DNA of 64,000 nt from Moniliella sp. 'wahieum' (taxonomy: Eukaryota): the NCBI GenBank assembly GCA_003971905.1, contig RSEE01000063.1, forward strand, positions 62,001 to 126,000, in the 5' to 3' direction. Shown here piece by piece: positions 38,768 to 52,335 of the stretch. The notes below the pieces were generated by a model. It worked only from the letters and a program-made list of their open reading frames with translations. It had not been told where the DNA came from and searched no databases. Numbering within the stretch: the stretch's first letter is position 1; the number at the start of each line of letters is the position of its first letter. Both the position numbers and the translations under genes were made by a program.

Positions 38768-40669
38768 TCAGACGCGACGCTGGTAAAAGAGAATGTAGGC
38801 AGATGGGTCGGACGTGTTGAGCGTATAGTCCGATACGTACTCGTCGTCCAACCGGGCCCAGCGGGTCCGATTCCTCGCCTGCCGCACCGACGCCACATAG
38901 TGCCCCGTCTTGACACCGTGTCCAAAATGGTGCACAATGCCGTACAGCTCGTACGTCCCGCCCTGGCCTGACGACATGTACGGACTCAGGTCCAACGTTG
39001 TTGGGAACTTGATTGGACGCGTCACCTTCTTCCCGGTCCAGTCGAACCGTTTGAGTTGGATCGTGAGCACCCCCTCAGGTGCCTCATGCACCGTGAACCG
39101 TTTCACTGCATCGCTCCGCTTCTTGCACCCATCGCACAGGTACTTGTTCCCGCCCGTCAGACGATCAGCTTAGAACGCCGCCAGCGCATCCGCAAGCGTC
39201 GTGATACGCGGAGAAGCAATGTCGACACTCACATCGGCAAACTCGTCAAACGTATCCGAGTGAGCGTGGCAAGAACCACAGGTGACCCGCGACCGGAACC
39301 GACCACCAAAGATCCGTTGGATCGCTGTCCGGCACACGTCCTTCTTCGGACCACCAGACGGCTTGGCAGGCGAAAGGCTGGTGCTCATCCCCTCCAAAAG
39401 AAGTCGAAGGAACTCATGTGCATCCTCTTGCCTCCCTTTCCTCAACGGTTTGGGCAAGTGCTCATAAAACGCCCGCGGCCACGCTGCCCCGGCACCGCCC
39501 GCACCCGCGCCCGCACCCGCAAAGAGCGCGGATCGCGCCAAGCCTCCCAGCGCTTGAACGGGATCGAACCCTTTGAGCGGGCGGGAGCGCGTCGCAGCGT
39601 CCAAACACGTCGTGACTAGCGGTGCAGTGTGCAGTAAGGTCTGCAGAACCGAGTTGAGGTAACACGTGTTGCCATAGTTACGAAGACCCTTGCGCGACGT
39701 GGTACCGGGAGGCATTGTCATGCTCAGACTCGCCACATGGGCCTCCGCTTTGACCTTCGTACCCGCCCCGCCCCCGTACCCGGGTTGGAGGGACTGGCCT
39801 TCTTACTCTTCTTTTCCGGTGGGGCCACCACGAGCGCGGGAGGGATCGTACTCGTACTAGGCCCCGAAGAAGCGGACGACCCGGCTGGCGCGACCAAGGT
39901 CGGGGTCCGTACAGCAGGTTGCGTACCTACCAAGTTGGTCGTTTCCTGCGCAAGCACCTTCGGTTCCCCAGCGGCCACAGAATCGCGCGTACCGTTCGGG
40001 TCCAGTGGCAATGGACTTTTATGCTTCTTGTGCTTCTTGTGCTTGTCTTGCGCCGGGTCCGATGGACGCGGGAGCTGCTGCTCTGCCTGTGCCAGGGAAG
40101 CAGGTGCAGAAGCAGACACAGAAGCAGATACGGAAGCAGGCAAGGACGCGTCGCGTTTCCGCTTTCTAGGGGACGAAGGAGCGGAGGCGGAGGCGGAGGC
40201 GGCGACGACAGAAGCCGAAGTCGAAGCCGAAGTCAAAGTAGGAGGAGTAGGAGTAGGAGTAGGAGCAGGAGCGGGGGGAGGGTAGTCAACGCTACGCGTC
40301 GGGCCTTGGGGGGCGGCTTGGGCAGCGAAGCCAGGGCATCGGGATGGGTGGGTGCAGGCGAGCCGGATACTGGCGAGGCAGAGGTGGCCGAGGAGACGGA
40401 AGACGCTGAAGAAGCCGAAGAAGCCGAAGAGGCAGAGGAAGAAGCGCCGAGGCGGGCGCGTTTCCTCCGCTTGGCTAGCTTGGCGGCTTGGACGGTTTGG
40501 ATGGCTTGGACGGCTTGGATAGCTTGGAGAGGGAGGTGTGGGAGCGCGAATGGCGCTCGAGCCGCTGGAGCAGGAGGCGGTGCCGGACGCGCTGCTCGAG
40601 CACGCGCGTGCCGGGGCCCAGCTTGGCGCGGGGCGCTGCCGCGGCGTGGGGGACGAGCAGGGTGGACAT
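38768..40669 (-). CDS. Ubiquitin carboxyl-terminal hydrolase, USP36/USP42-like (peptidase C19)
   Basis: Cys box GLRNYGNTCYLNSVLQ; GRQEDAHEFLR; IFGGRFRSRVTC..C; LTIQLKRF; His box YELYGIVHHFG....GHYVA; AYILFY. Confidence 0.93.
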
Positions 40670-41377
40670 GGTGGACACGCGGCAGAACGCACGCACAGGC
40701 ACAGGTACAGCAGTACGTGGACGAACGAGGCGGGCACGGACAAGCGTCAGGGCAAGGAGCGGAGCGAGGGACACTGTGGCGGGAACGGGAAGAGAGCGGG
40801 CGACGGCGGGGGCGCGACGCAACGACTGAGGGCGACGCAGGCTCAATATTCAATCTGAATCGGAAAAAAAAAAAAAAAACGCACAATCCGATTCAATCGG
40901 CTGGGCACCGTGCTTTGCTGGCTAGATTGCCGGCGGCCGTAGGGTTGTGAAAAAAAAAAAGCCCACGCGGTTCTGCCTGACGTAATCGATAATCGCCCAT
41001 GTGCCTCCGCAGCTCCTCAGGTCTCCCTAGTCACTTACGTACGCAGCCGACCAACCCTCTCTGATCGATGATCGATGATCCAAGTCCGCCCACGGCACCG
41101 GCCACGTGACATGTGCGCGGCAAGGCTGGCTTGGCCTACGCCCAGTCGTCGCGGCCACTCCCATCCAGCCTCAAGTGCCCACACCTTCGCTCCTCTGTCT
41201 GTCTCTATCTTCCACTCGGTCCACGTGCGGGTGAAAAGATGCATGCGCACACGGGGGGGAACAGTAGTGACATGCGGCTCATATGCTCAAATCCATGGGA
41301 CACACACACACAACAGACGCCAAAGCGGGTTCGGTTCCACAGTGGCCGTCGTAGACGACGCGTTCGAGCCAGAGCGC

Positions 41378-43216
41378 TTACCTCGTCCGGATGATGCCGG
41401 CCGCAATCAGTTTCTGGATCTTGGACCGGATCGCAGGGTTCTTCATGTGGTCCTGCAGTGCCCCCGGGCTCGACTGGGCCTGCTGCAAAATCGACTGCAT
41501 CACCGGGTCCGACATGATCTGCGCCACCTCCGATCCTTCATCGCCCGCTCCAGTGTCTGCTCGTCCGTCTCGTTCGCCCGCTGCGAGTACATCTCATTGG
41601 CCACCTTGGCGTGCTGGCCCTGGATCTCTCGCCGGTGCTTGTTCTTCTCCTCGCCCTCGGCCGCCTCGTCAATGTCCTCCGCCTGCTGGATCGCCTCGAG
41701 CGCTTGTGTAAACTCCTTCATCGCCGTCAGCACCACCGACTTGCGAATGTACGCCTTGACTTCTTAGGGTCCACCTTGATGGCCTCATTGCAGTCCTTGA
41801 GCGCCTCGGGAAGCGCCGCGAGCTTAATGTACGCCATTGCGCGGTTCGTGTAGCCCCGCGCATCCGAAGGGTTGCGCTTGATCGACTCAGAGTACGCCGC
41901 CACCGAGCCGGCAAAGTCGCCAGCCTTGTAGAGCTCGTTGCCCTTCGTCCGCTCTTCTTCCGCCCGGGCAGGGTCAATGTACGCCTGCCGCGCAGCCTCC
42001 TTCTTTGCCTTCTCGCTCTGGCGCAGCTTGGTGAGAATGTCGGGCGTACGGTGCTCGGTGAGCGACTTTTGGAAGTACTTGATCGCCTCGTCCACGTCGC
42101 CCTTTTGACTGTAGGCAGACCCAATGCGACCCAGCGCCTTGGCAATCAACTTAAAGTCCGCCCGCACCTCGCGGCCTTCTTCCACAGCCGTCTCGCACGT
42201 CTGGATGCACTCGTCGTACTTGCCCTGTTCATAGTACACCGCCGCAAGGTTGTTCAAGTAAGTAATGTCCTTGTGCAACTCCCAAGCCTTCTTGTAGTGC
42301 ACAATGGCAGGCTCAAACTGGCGCTTCTTGTACAGCGCATTGCCCTCCGCCTTCTCCTTGTCAGCGGCAACCTTCGCCTCGTCCTCCGCCGAAGCTTCGG
42401 CCATCTTCGTGTCCTTAACCTCGGGTTCGGTTGCGGGCGCGGCGACGGGCTGGGACGAGCCCGTTTGACGCTCAATCTCATCCCGGTTCTTCTCCAGCTC
42501 AGGAGGCAAGTCCGAGCTGCCTTGCGGGCGCTCAAACGCTGTCAAATCAATGCCCATCAGGACACCCATGACCTGGAAGAACGTGGGTCCGAGGACATCA
42601 TCTGACCCGCCAAAGACGGGTTCTGTTGCACCATCTGCAGCTGTTGCCGGAAGGATGGGTCGGCGACCAGTGCAGCGTCTTGGGGTTGGCGGCCAGCTTG
42701 CCAAACAAGTTGGGGTCAGCAAACATCTTCCCCAAGCTGTCGGCGCCAGACGCAGCAGCCTCGTTCTCCTCGGCCCGCTGCACATCCGCCAAACCCTTCT
42801 TCAGACCAGCATCGGTCGGGGCAATTTTCAGGCCCTCCTCAAACGCGGCAATGGCAGCGGGGTAGTTGTGCTCGCCATGGAGAGCAGAACCTTTGCGGCT
42901 GTAGCCCTTGGCGAAGCTCGGGTTGATTTCAATGCACTGCCAATGAATGACATGTCAGTCACAGAGCTGGCTACGGCCACAAGTACACGTGGTGTCCGCG
43001 GCAGAGGGGAGAGTACGCACCTTGTTAGCATCCTCCAGTGCCTGGGGCCACTCCTTCAAACCGGCATAGCACGCAGAACGGTTCGAGTAGAGCACATGGA
43101 CAGCGTCGGCCGGTGTGGCGACCTCGATGGCCTTGGTGTACTCTTGGATGGCCTCAGCGTAGTTCTTGGCAACAAAGGCAGCGTTTGCCCTTGGCTTTGA
43201 GCTCGGCAGCAGACAT
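41378..43216 (-). CDS. STI1: Hsp70/Hsp90 organising protein Sti1/Hop; intron 43020-42937
   Basis: MSAAELKAKGNAAF; EKAEGNALYKKRQFE; YFQKSLTEHRTPDIL; AYIDPARAEEERTKGN; DP domains; LIAAGIIRTR*. Confidence 0.97.
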
Positions 43217-43915
43217 GGCGGGGATGGGGATTGGGATGGGGATGGAGATGCGACGGGGATGGGGTGGGGATGGAGAGCGGGAGGAGCGCGCGAATGGGGG
43301 GCTCACAGGAGGTGGTAGAAGAGAGAACTTGGCGGCCAGCAGGCCGTGCGCGGGATTAAATCGATTAAATCCCCCGGGCCTGATCCGACGTCGAACATGA
43401 CCGAAATCGCAGTGCGGGCACGGCGCCAGCCTTGGTTCGTGCGGGGGGCTTCCGCCTGCTTCTACCGGAGCCACTTTTGCCAGCACCCCCACCCGCCCCG
43501 AAGCCCGCGTGGAACGCTTCGCTGCGCTCATCCAGCTCATCCAGCTCGTCCAGCTCATCTAGCAGCTTCCCCCGCCCTCGTCTTCGGTCTCGTTCCTTGT
43601 CCACAGCACAGTGGCTTGACTAAGCGGTGTTGGCTGCGCAGCTGGCCCCTGCACTATGAAGTCTGGTAAGGGTAGGCGGGCGGAGAGCGCGAGCTTCAGC
43701 AAGAGTGGGAATGAGAAATCCTCCTCTCGCCTTCAACAAACACGACCAAAGGGTACTTCCTACTAGTAGGCACGAACCAGGGCACTCAGCTGGAGGCCGC
43801 CTATAGTAACCTTTCTTTCTTCTACGTAGGCACATCCCATCCTGGCCAACTCACCGTTTCACCATCCACATCAATTGTCGTGAGTTTTTTTTTGAATCCC
43901 AACCACAAGGCAATC

Positions 43916-45931
43916 CTACGCCTCGTCCGGGAGGGGCGGTGCATCTTCCGGCGGCGGGGGGAGGCGCTTCGTCCGGCATGGGGGTGCCTCCTCTGGAGGA
44001 GGCGGCGGTGGCGATGGTGGAAGTGGTGGTGCTTCCTCCGGTGCGGGAGCGGATCCCGTGTCAGCCCCGCCCGTTCCCTCCTGCCGAGGTCCCGAGGCCA
44101 TACGGGACGATTCCTCAGCCGTTTCGCCCCCGTCCTCAGTCATGGGCCACTCACTCTCAGCCAAAAAGGCGGCAATCACCACTCTGCCCTCGAATTGTCG
44201 GCCAGCAATCGCTTGAGCGCCATTGCACATTCTTCCGTTGTGGAAAACTTGACATACACCCGACCCACCCCGGGACGTTCTTCCGCGCCGGGCGGGCAAG
44301 TGACTTGTGCTGCCCATCCACGCGAATCGGCTGCCGGGCGCGGAATGCGCACGTCCTGCACCGTTCCGTACTTGGCACATTCGTCCCGCACATCTTCCAC
44401 AATGTCTGCGTACTCCTCGTCGTCCTTCAACTCGTCTGGCGTGACCATGTTGAGCATCTGCAGGCACGTTGTCGGTTCACCAGCGCTCGTCATGTCGGCC
44501 CCAGGCAGCGTGGGCGCACTAGGAGGCAACACAGGCCGAGAGGGCAGCATACGTGCTGCCGCCCAGCACTGGCACGCTGTACCACCAACGTCCGATCACC
44601 CAGGGGGAAATCGTTCAACGTGCTCACCGCCGTTTGCGTGCTGGCCGGGTCAACGTATTCGGCAAAGGCGAATCCCTTGCTAGGACCATTGGCTTGTTTC
44701 GCGCACCAGATTGAACGCGCGCAGCTCCCCTAAACTCTGCAGGAGCGTGATCACGTCCTCCTCGTTCAGCTCGAGCGGCAGTCCCCCAATATACAACTTG
44801 TTGGGTCCGTCGGGAACAGTGGTACTGATCATACCGGGTACATGGATGGCCGCGGGGGTACTTTGGGCAGGAGCAACAACATAATCTTTCGGACGCCGCA
44901 CCTTGAGCGGCTGGTTCTGGTACACAATCCCATCAAACGCCAGCGCATTGCTCGCTTCTTCCGGCGACCGAAACTCGACAAACGCATACCCCTTGTCGGG
45001 GTTGAGCTGGGCAGTGAGAGTGGGTGTAGGAGAGTCGACATACAACCCCTTTCTTGCTAAAGTCGGGATTCGAGGGGTCGGAGGGACCAACAGGTTGAGC
45101 TCGGTGAGCTTGTCAGTAAACAATTGCGCCAACGAAGCCGACTCGGCCTCATGGTAATCCCACCCACATAGAGACGGCGGGATTGCCAGTTTTGCTGAGG
45201 CGTCAACCCATTTTCTTGCACGCCCCAGACCCGGCGCGGCCGTCAAGGCCTGGGACGCCGTGCTGCCGCTGGGCCAGCGCGCAACTCGAGCGTGTCATCC
45301 AAGCCTCCCACACAGGGAGAGGAGCGGTGCTCACATGCCATATCGGTTGTCCCCGCATGCCCAAACTGGCCCGAGCCTTGGCAGCGAACGCAGAGACACG
45401 CTCCCACCCGGGTGCCGCCCGGTCCCACATCGAGTTGGGCCGCGCATGCACCGAAATCGGACGCGTTCCCGGCGGAGGCGTCGCCACTGCCAACGAGGCC
45501 GAACCCGCCCGATCATCATGGTACGCGCTGTCCCCGGCCACGGCGACCCCAACTGCCATCACGATCACGATCACGATCCCCGCGTCGGTCCCAGTCTCGG
45601 TCGTACCGCTCCTCGCGATCGTACTCGAGGGCGGTACCGGTCCTCGCGGTAGCGTCCACCATAGCGCTCGGCGCGGTCGCGACGTTCCCATCCCCCAGCA
45701 CGGCGTGCGGGGGGCTCGTACCGCTCCCGCTCGTCACGGCGGTACCGATCGTGGTCGCGGTCGCGGTCGCCGGCATGGCGTCTGCGGGGGGGGGGCGGGT
45801 CAGCGGGTCGGCACAAGAGGAGAAAAACAGGCGCAAAGGCAAAGGGAAGGGAAGACATACTTGCGCCGCGCATCTTCGTATGCGTCCTCGGTGCGCTTGC
45901 GTGGAGCCCGTGGGGGCGTGGGGTCCCGCAT
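43916..45931 (-). CDS. U2AF2: Splicing factor U2AF large subunit (RS-like region, ULM, RRM1, RRM2, UHM)
   Basis: RD/RE-rich N-terminus; SMWDRAAPGWERVSAFAAKA; YAFVEFRSPEEASNALAFDGI; KVRRPKDY; PDGPNKLYIGGLP; LNMVTPDELKDDEEYADIVEDVRDECAKYG; GVGRVYVKF. Confidence 0.95.
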
Positions 45932-46223
45932 GGTCGTCGTCGTCGCGGCGAGGGGGAGGTGGGAGGGGCAGAAGTTGCCGCTGGGCGTCGCCCACTGGCG
46001 AGCCAACACCAAACCAAAACCCAATTCCGCCCCGGCCGCATCCGCCATTCCGCCCGTGCGAGCTTGCCACTTTCAATTTGCCTGGCCGGCGCCATTTCTA
46101 AGCCGGCTCGGCAGCGCACGGCGCCAGTGGCGCTGGTTGGGCAGCCGCCGGCCGGCAGGCAGCAGCGCTTGGCTGCCCTTGGGCGTCGCCCGCACGCTCC
46201 TCTCCTCGCTCTCCACCGCCGCC

Positions 46224-46726
46224 ATGCTCTCGGGTGTCCTTCGCACCGCCGTTGTTGCGCGCACTGCCACGCGCGCTGCCCTCCCAGTCGCCCGCCACGC
46301 CCCCACTGCCCGTGCGTCCCCCTCCCCCCCCCCCACCTTCCCCTGCGCGTGCGTCCCGCTGACCCCCTCTCGCCCGCCCCAGTCTGGGTCCGCAACTACT
46401 CGGCCCACCACGAGGAGGAGACCTACGAAGAGTTCACCGCCCGCTACGTCAAGTTCTTCAGCGAAGCCGAGGACCTGTTCGAGGTCCAGCGCGGATTCAA
46501 CAACTCTTCTCCTCACGACCTCGTCCTTCCCCCGAGGTTGCCGAGGCCATCATCCGCGCCGCCCGCAGGGTCAATGACTACCCCACTGCGGTCCGTGTTT
46601 GAAGCACTCAAGGCCAAGGTCGAGAACAAGGAACAGTACCAACAGTACCTTGATGTTCTTGAACCTGTCCGCAAGGAGCTGGGTGTCACCCTGAAGGAGG
46701 AGCTTTACCCCGGCTTGGCCAAGTAA
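46224..46726 (+). CDS. COX6: Cytochrome c oxidase subunit Va/VI; intron 46312-46382
   Basis: Presequence MLSGVLRTAVVART; EETYEEFTARYVKFF..AEDLFEVQRG.NN; AARRVNDYPTAVRVFEALKAKVEN; ELGVTLKEELYP. Confidence 0.96.
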
Positions 46727-48535
46727 GTTTGCTCGGTCTCGTGGGCGAACCGAACTGGTGCCAATTGTGGAGCTGTGCGAGCTGTGCGAACTGCCAACGG
46801 TGTCTTACCCAAACAATTGCATAACTCCCCCCCCCCGCCCACTTTTTCCGTGGTGTAAGCGTATGCTCATGATTGGAGATACTCGCGAGTCAAATTCACC
46901 CACCCGCAGCAACAGCTACCAAGCATAACGTAACTGGTTGTTCCCAGTCCTGGAATGCCAGATTACTTGTCTGTGAGAGATGGCTCGGTTAGCGGCACGT
47001 TCCTCGCGATAGGACCTGGCAGAAGCCAAAGCACCCTATCTTTCACCGTTGCGCCCTACCTTTCTATAGGACGCAGGTGCCTTGGCTGTTCTATATCTCT
47101 GGCTGGGTTCAGATGGATGAACGCGCACGGATGCAGTTGGCCCGCGCTAGCCAGATGGTCCTGCGCGCAGTACACAATGTGAGATTAGGCTACTAGGCTC
47201 CTGAGAATTCCGCCTGACCGGTGAGCCGCCCAGGGCGCCCCTAACTTGCATCTTCTCTCCGACCTGGCCGCGTCTCTCCATTGGGGGCAGGGCGGGACAG
47301 AGGGCGGTCATGCCCACGAGAGAAAACTCAATATAGCAGACGAGCTTGGTCTACTGACCACACGCTTCCCATATCAATGAGGCGTCCACGTGTCTTGAAG
47401 CATGAGGCCTGAGGCTTGATCGCCCGTCCGGATTGGAGAGCGTTAGCTCATGCTGATTGTGCGCGGGAGGGGGGTGCATGTGACATGCGAAGCTTCAAGT
47501 ATGAAGACGAGGGCGGCAACGCCCGTCCATCTGCATACCGAACTGGGTTCCCGGTTACCATTTACCCCTTACTCTCGACGGGAACGGAACACACCGGGCG
47601 CCCATCCCCGGCACGTCGCCCGTCTGCCAGTGCCAGCGGGGGCACTTGATCATCGTATCCGCCATGGGTAACTGAGCAACTCACTGTGTACATAAGTGGC
47701 GTTTACTGCGACGTGTACTTTGCCCAGCTGGAACAACGGGGGGGGGGGGGGGGGGGGGCAGGGACTCAGGGACGCGGATGCTCGTTCCCCAGGGCACGTT
47801 GCCAGGCAACCCAATCCCCAGACTACGAATTGAAGAACAGCAGAAGTATTATTGTGCTCTGTCCAGGACACCCCGTCTTGCGCCCGGAAGCCGGAGGCCT
47901 GGTCGATAATGCTGATCGAAATTGCTCAGAAGTCTGGGCCTGAGGCGCGTGAGGCGTGAGGGAGGGCTGAGGCGCTGAGGGCGCTAGCGGGGACTGAAGG
48001 AGAGCTAGGTGGGTGCACAACGCAGCCCACGGTTAGGCCGGAGGTGCCTCCCCCGTACCTGAGGCCGGCGTGAGCAACTGAAGCATGCAAGATGACAAGA
48101 TGGATGCAGGATACGATTGAATACTGATGGCCCAAACGGGTGGTGCGATTGCGGCCGCAAATCAAACCAGACGTGGTTTGGCTGAGTGCGTCGCCTGGTG
48201 ACATGTGACATGTCGCAGCACCACACGCCACGCTCGGCACGTGTGCTGAGCTAAGCCACGCGCCCACTGCAGCGCTGCTGGGCGTTCCAGCGCAGTCGAT
48301 GGCTGATGTCACCGCTCGTGCGTCCGATTCGCAGTGCTCGGATCAACATCCAGTCAGCCGTGCATTTAATCACTCTGGCGCCCATTCCATATTCCCAGCG
48401 CCGTTCGAGAGCAGTAAGCACCGCGTTTTAACCTCTGTTCTCTTCTCTCTTCCTCTTCGCCTCTTCGCCTCTTCGCCTCCTCCTCTCCTCCTCTCCTCTC
48501 CTCCTCCTCCTCCCTCCCCCCCCAAGAGCCTCCCC

Positions 48536-50553
48536 ATGGCTGCCCCCTCTACAGTACGTCGCCCCCCCGCGTCTTCCCCTCCCACACTGACCCCCCTCTC
48601 CCAGCCACGGCGTCGGGCCATCTGTTCCATGCCGGCCAGATCCTCATCGCCACCGTCGGCTTGCCCGCGCGCGGCAAGACCCATCTGAGCCATGCCCTGG
48701 AACGCTACCTGCTCTGGCTCGGCGTCAAAGCCAAGGTCTTTTCCCTCGGCGACTACCGCCGCAAGCGCCTCGGCAAGCCCAACGACCTCCCCGACGACTA
48801 CTTCTCCGTCGGTGGCGGCAAGCCTGCTACCGAGCAGCTCCGCGCCCAGATCGTCGACGAGTTCGACAAGCAGGTCTTCGAATACTTCCAGGCCGGCAAC
48901 CAGGTCGTCATCTACGACGCCAACAATGGCAAGCAAGCCACCGCGCTGCCTTGCTCGCCAAGTTTGCGCCCCTCCATGTCTCCGTCATGTTTCTCGAGAC
49001 CATCTGCGACGACCCCAGGGTTATTGAGCACAATGTACGAGCAGTCAAACTCAACAGTCCCGACTACCAAGGATGGAAGAAGGACAAGGCCGTGGCTGAT
49101 TTTTATCGCCGCATCCACACTCGCCAGATGGAGTACGAAACCATCACCAATCCCGACCTGTCGTACGTCAAGATTATCAATGTGGGCCAACGCGTGATTA
49201 TCAACAACGTCCGCGGCTACCTCCAGTCCCGAATCTGCTTCTTTCTCATGAATGTCCACAACCGCGACCGTACCATCTATCTCGCCGTGCCGGCGAGGCC
49301 CTGGTTGACCACTGTACAAAGCCGATGCCGACCTGTCCTCCTTGGGCTGGCAATATGCCGAGGAACTGACCGAGTTTATGGACAAACTCCGTCGCGAACG
49401 ATCCGATCTTTCGACCACTTCCTCGCCGACACCCATGTCACCCAAACTTTTGGCCGTCGGCGGGCGCCTTACCGGTATCCACGACGACCACACCCACCCG
49501 TCTTCCCTTTCTTTCTCCCCGTCTGCCCACCCCAAGCATCACGTCTGTAGTCCGCTCGCAAGCAGCCCTCCGTCCACCGACGACAAAGAGATCCCCAAGT
49601 CGGGCGAGCCTGTACTCCTGCCGGCCCGCGCCTTCGCTCTCAAACAGCAAGTTCGACAGTGTCCGAGTCCCCTGCGCCACGGCGTCTGGAAGTGTGGACG
49701 TCCAATCGGCGGCGTGCGGCTCACACGTGCTCCTTTTTCCCGCAACAGGGCGATAAGTTGGAGAAATCCCAATTGTGTGAACTCAACCCCGGCATGGTCG
49801 ATGGCATGACCGAGGCGGAGATCAAGGAAATGTACCCGGTCGAGTACGACCGGTTGCAAAAGGAGCCCTATGGAGCGCGTTACCCACGCGCCGAGTCGTA
49901 TCACGATCTCTGTGTGCGCATCGAGCCAGTGATCATGGAACTGGAACGCACCGCGTCGGATATCCTGATTGTGGCACAGGCCAGTGTGCTGCGCGTCCTC
50001 CTTGGTTACCTCCAAGGCCAATCTCCGCAACAGATTCCGCACATTGACGTGCCCGAAGGCGACGTGCTGGAGATCACCCCGCAAGCGTACGGGATGCAGA
50101 CCAAATCACATCACTTTTGGGACCCGATCCTGCGCCGGCGACAGCGGGACCAAGCGTGGATCAGAGAACAACGCGCCGCTTCCGCGTCCCGCGCCATTCC
50201 CGCGCCCCCTCTCGCGCCCGCAGCACCACCGCCTCTCCCTTCTCGGCCCTCGCAGCTCCCGAAGCAGCATGGGAACGCTCCCGAGTCCCCGAATGGGCGG
50301 TCATCTGCTTGCCCTCACCCCGGCTCACAGTCATACCTCGGACAAGTCTCATGCTCATGTCCCCGGTCACGCAATCCCCCCGCTTCACCTGCCTCTGCAA
50401 AGTGATACAATGAGCCTGTCGGAAGACGAGGAGGCCGAACTGCGCAGAGAGCGGAGGGAACGCGAACGGGCTGCTGCGCTGGATCAGTTGGCTGACGAGT
50501 TGGGCGAAACGTCCATCTTGGACGACACGAGTCATGAAGTTGCGGTCCTCTAA
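48536..50553 (+). CDS. 6-phosphofructo-2-kinase/fructose-2,6-bisphosphatase-like protein (YLR345W-type); intron 48554-48604
   Basis: SGHLFHAGQILIATVGLPARGKTHLS; SLGDYRR; VVIYDANN; SPDY; KIINVG; ELNPG; RYPRAESYHDLCVRIEPVIMELER; SVLRVLLGYL. Confidence 0.92.
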
Positions 50554-51784
50554 CGTTTCCATCGTCTTTTCGAATTATGACTTTTTGGGAGCGGGTCATT
50601 TCTCTGCATTTCCTACCTGAACACCCCTTCCCCTTCCCCTCCCCCCCCCCCCCCCTCCCCTCCGTGGCTCTCTCTCTCTCTCTCTCTCTTCCATCCTCAT
50701 CGACCGCATCCGCATCCGTCATTGGCCACGTCAGCCGTGCCTCATACACCCTACATCCGCTGCTTCGCTCTCGTTCTGCACATGTTTCCACCACCACTCT
50801 GGCATCCGCTGCTCAATCAGCTCAAGTCTCTTCCTTTTCCGTCGTACCCATACTCTGATCGTGCCATCCAACAGGGACAGGCGCTCTGCTTTTCTCCTCA
50901 TCTGGGGTCGTTTTTTTTTCCTGGCTGGTCGTCTCTATACAACGCGGTACACTACTACGACACTACTAATCATGTACACTTTATCTTACACATTTTCTCC
51001 TCGCGCTCGTGTCTTCCACGTTCGTGTTCATGGACCAAGCGACGTCCGGAACATGTCCAAGCTCGGCTCGAAGTATGACGTGGCATGCTTGTAGTGGTGG
51101 ATGTCTTACTACAGTAATAGCTACTAGTTGTTTTGATGGGTCAGGGATGCATTTTCCAGGCGGGGGCCGAACCTGATCGAGGATGTGGTAAATGGATACT
51201 ACTAGAAGCAAGGTGTATAGGCTATCGAAGGATGGCCACCCTAGCCAACCGACACCTACCTCTTGGACTACCCAAAGCCTCCTCTGGCGATGTACCTTCC
51301 TTGTGGCCTCTTGTTCCATCCTCACCACGCCAAATTTGGAGTACGCCACCTGTCTTCCAGACAAAAGCTTGGAGGTACAAGTAAATTTCGGTCGTAAAAG
51401 TGCCTCGTTTCATCTCTCTCTCATCTCTCACCTCTCTCACCCAGGAGATCAGTCTCATGATCTCATCGACCTCATTGATCCCAGCGACGAAAGAAGATCG
51501 AACTGGTCACATTCTCGCAGGCTCCGCCTCTCCATGCTCCTCGATCAACGCATGCCTCTGCTTCAGCAGCTACTGCCTCGCCCAACCACATTTCGGTCAA
51601 CTAGACTTGAGTGCGCAGAACTCAAGGTGTCAGCACACGCATGTTTGGACTCTCAACGAAACGAGAGAAAATATGATTGGGCTGTACAAGGGAAGCAGGC
51701 CGTTGCCCGCACGTAAGAACCTCTGTGCACAGGGGAAAATGCGAAAACGCAGAGGATACACGATGCGGGAGGCACGACCAAACT

Positions 51785-52335
51785 CTAGTTCGACGAAGAG
51801 CCTTGGTGAGCCTGCTGGGCCTGCATTCGACGAGCCATAACAATCGGCGCGATCCTGCCTGCCGTCGCCCACTGTGCCTCCGCCCCAGCAGGAAGCCCCG
51901 ATTCGTTCCGAATCACACTTCCAATCGACATGAAAAACCTGCCGAGCCACACGACACTGTCAGCTTCCAGGTACTCATCCACTTTGACCTTGCTCCCACC
52001 CCCCCCTTGCTCCCCCCCCTTGCTCACCCCCTTGCGCACGAACGAGACACGTACCCAAATGTAGCCGCCGACGTTCCCATGAACTGAGTGGCGTAGCCAT
52101 CGCCCCGCGTGGGCCCAGGGCCAGCACTGCCCAGTAAAGTCAGCTCTGCGCCATCTACGCCACAAGCAGGACAGAAGAAAAGGGGAGGGGGACGTACCGC
52201 ATGATCTGAAGGAACCCACCAATGAACCCAATCGTCACCCGACCCCGCCACCCATCATAGCGCCCATCCCGAGCTTCTGCCAGAAGGTGGGCTGGAGCGG
52301 CTGTTGCTGACGTGCACTTGCTGGACGTTGGACAT
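51785..52335 (-). CDS. MGR2: Mgr2/Romo1 (TIM23 gatekeeper), 3 exons; introns 52197-52127 and 52054-51939
   Basis: Spliced reconstruction, allowing for indels: ..QPTFWQKLGMGAMMGGGVG.TIGFIGGSFQIMR|..GP.PRG...TQFMGTSAATFG|FFMSIGSVIRNESG..; both introns are GTACGT..GCTGAC..CAG. Confidence 0.92.

Noticed and set aside
3551..52335. Functional cluster of mitochondrial genes (CMC1, MSW1, DEAD helicase, COX6, MGR2)
   Set aside because: Scattered among unrelated housekeeping genes; compatible with chance without synteny data.
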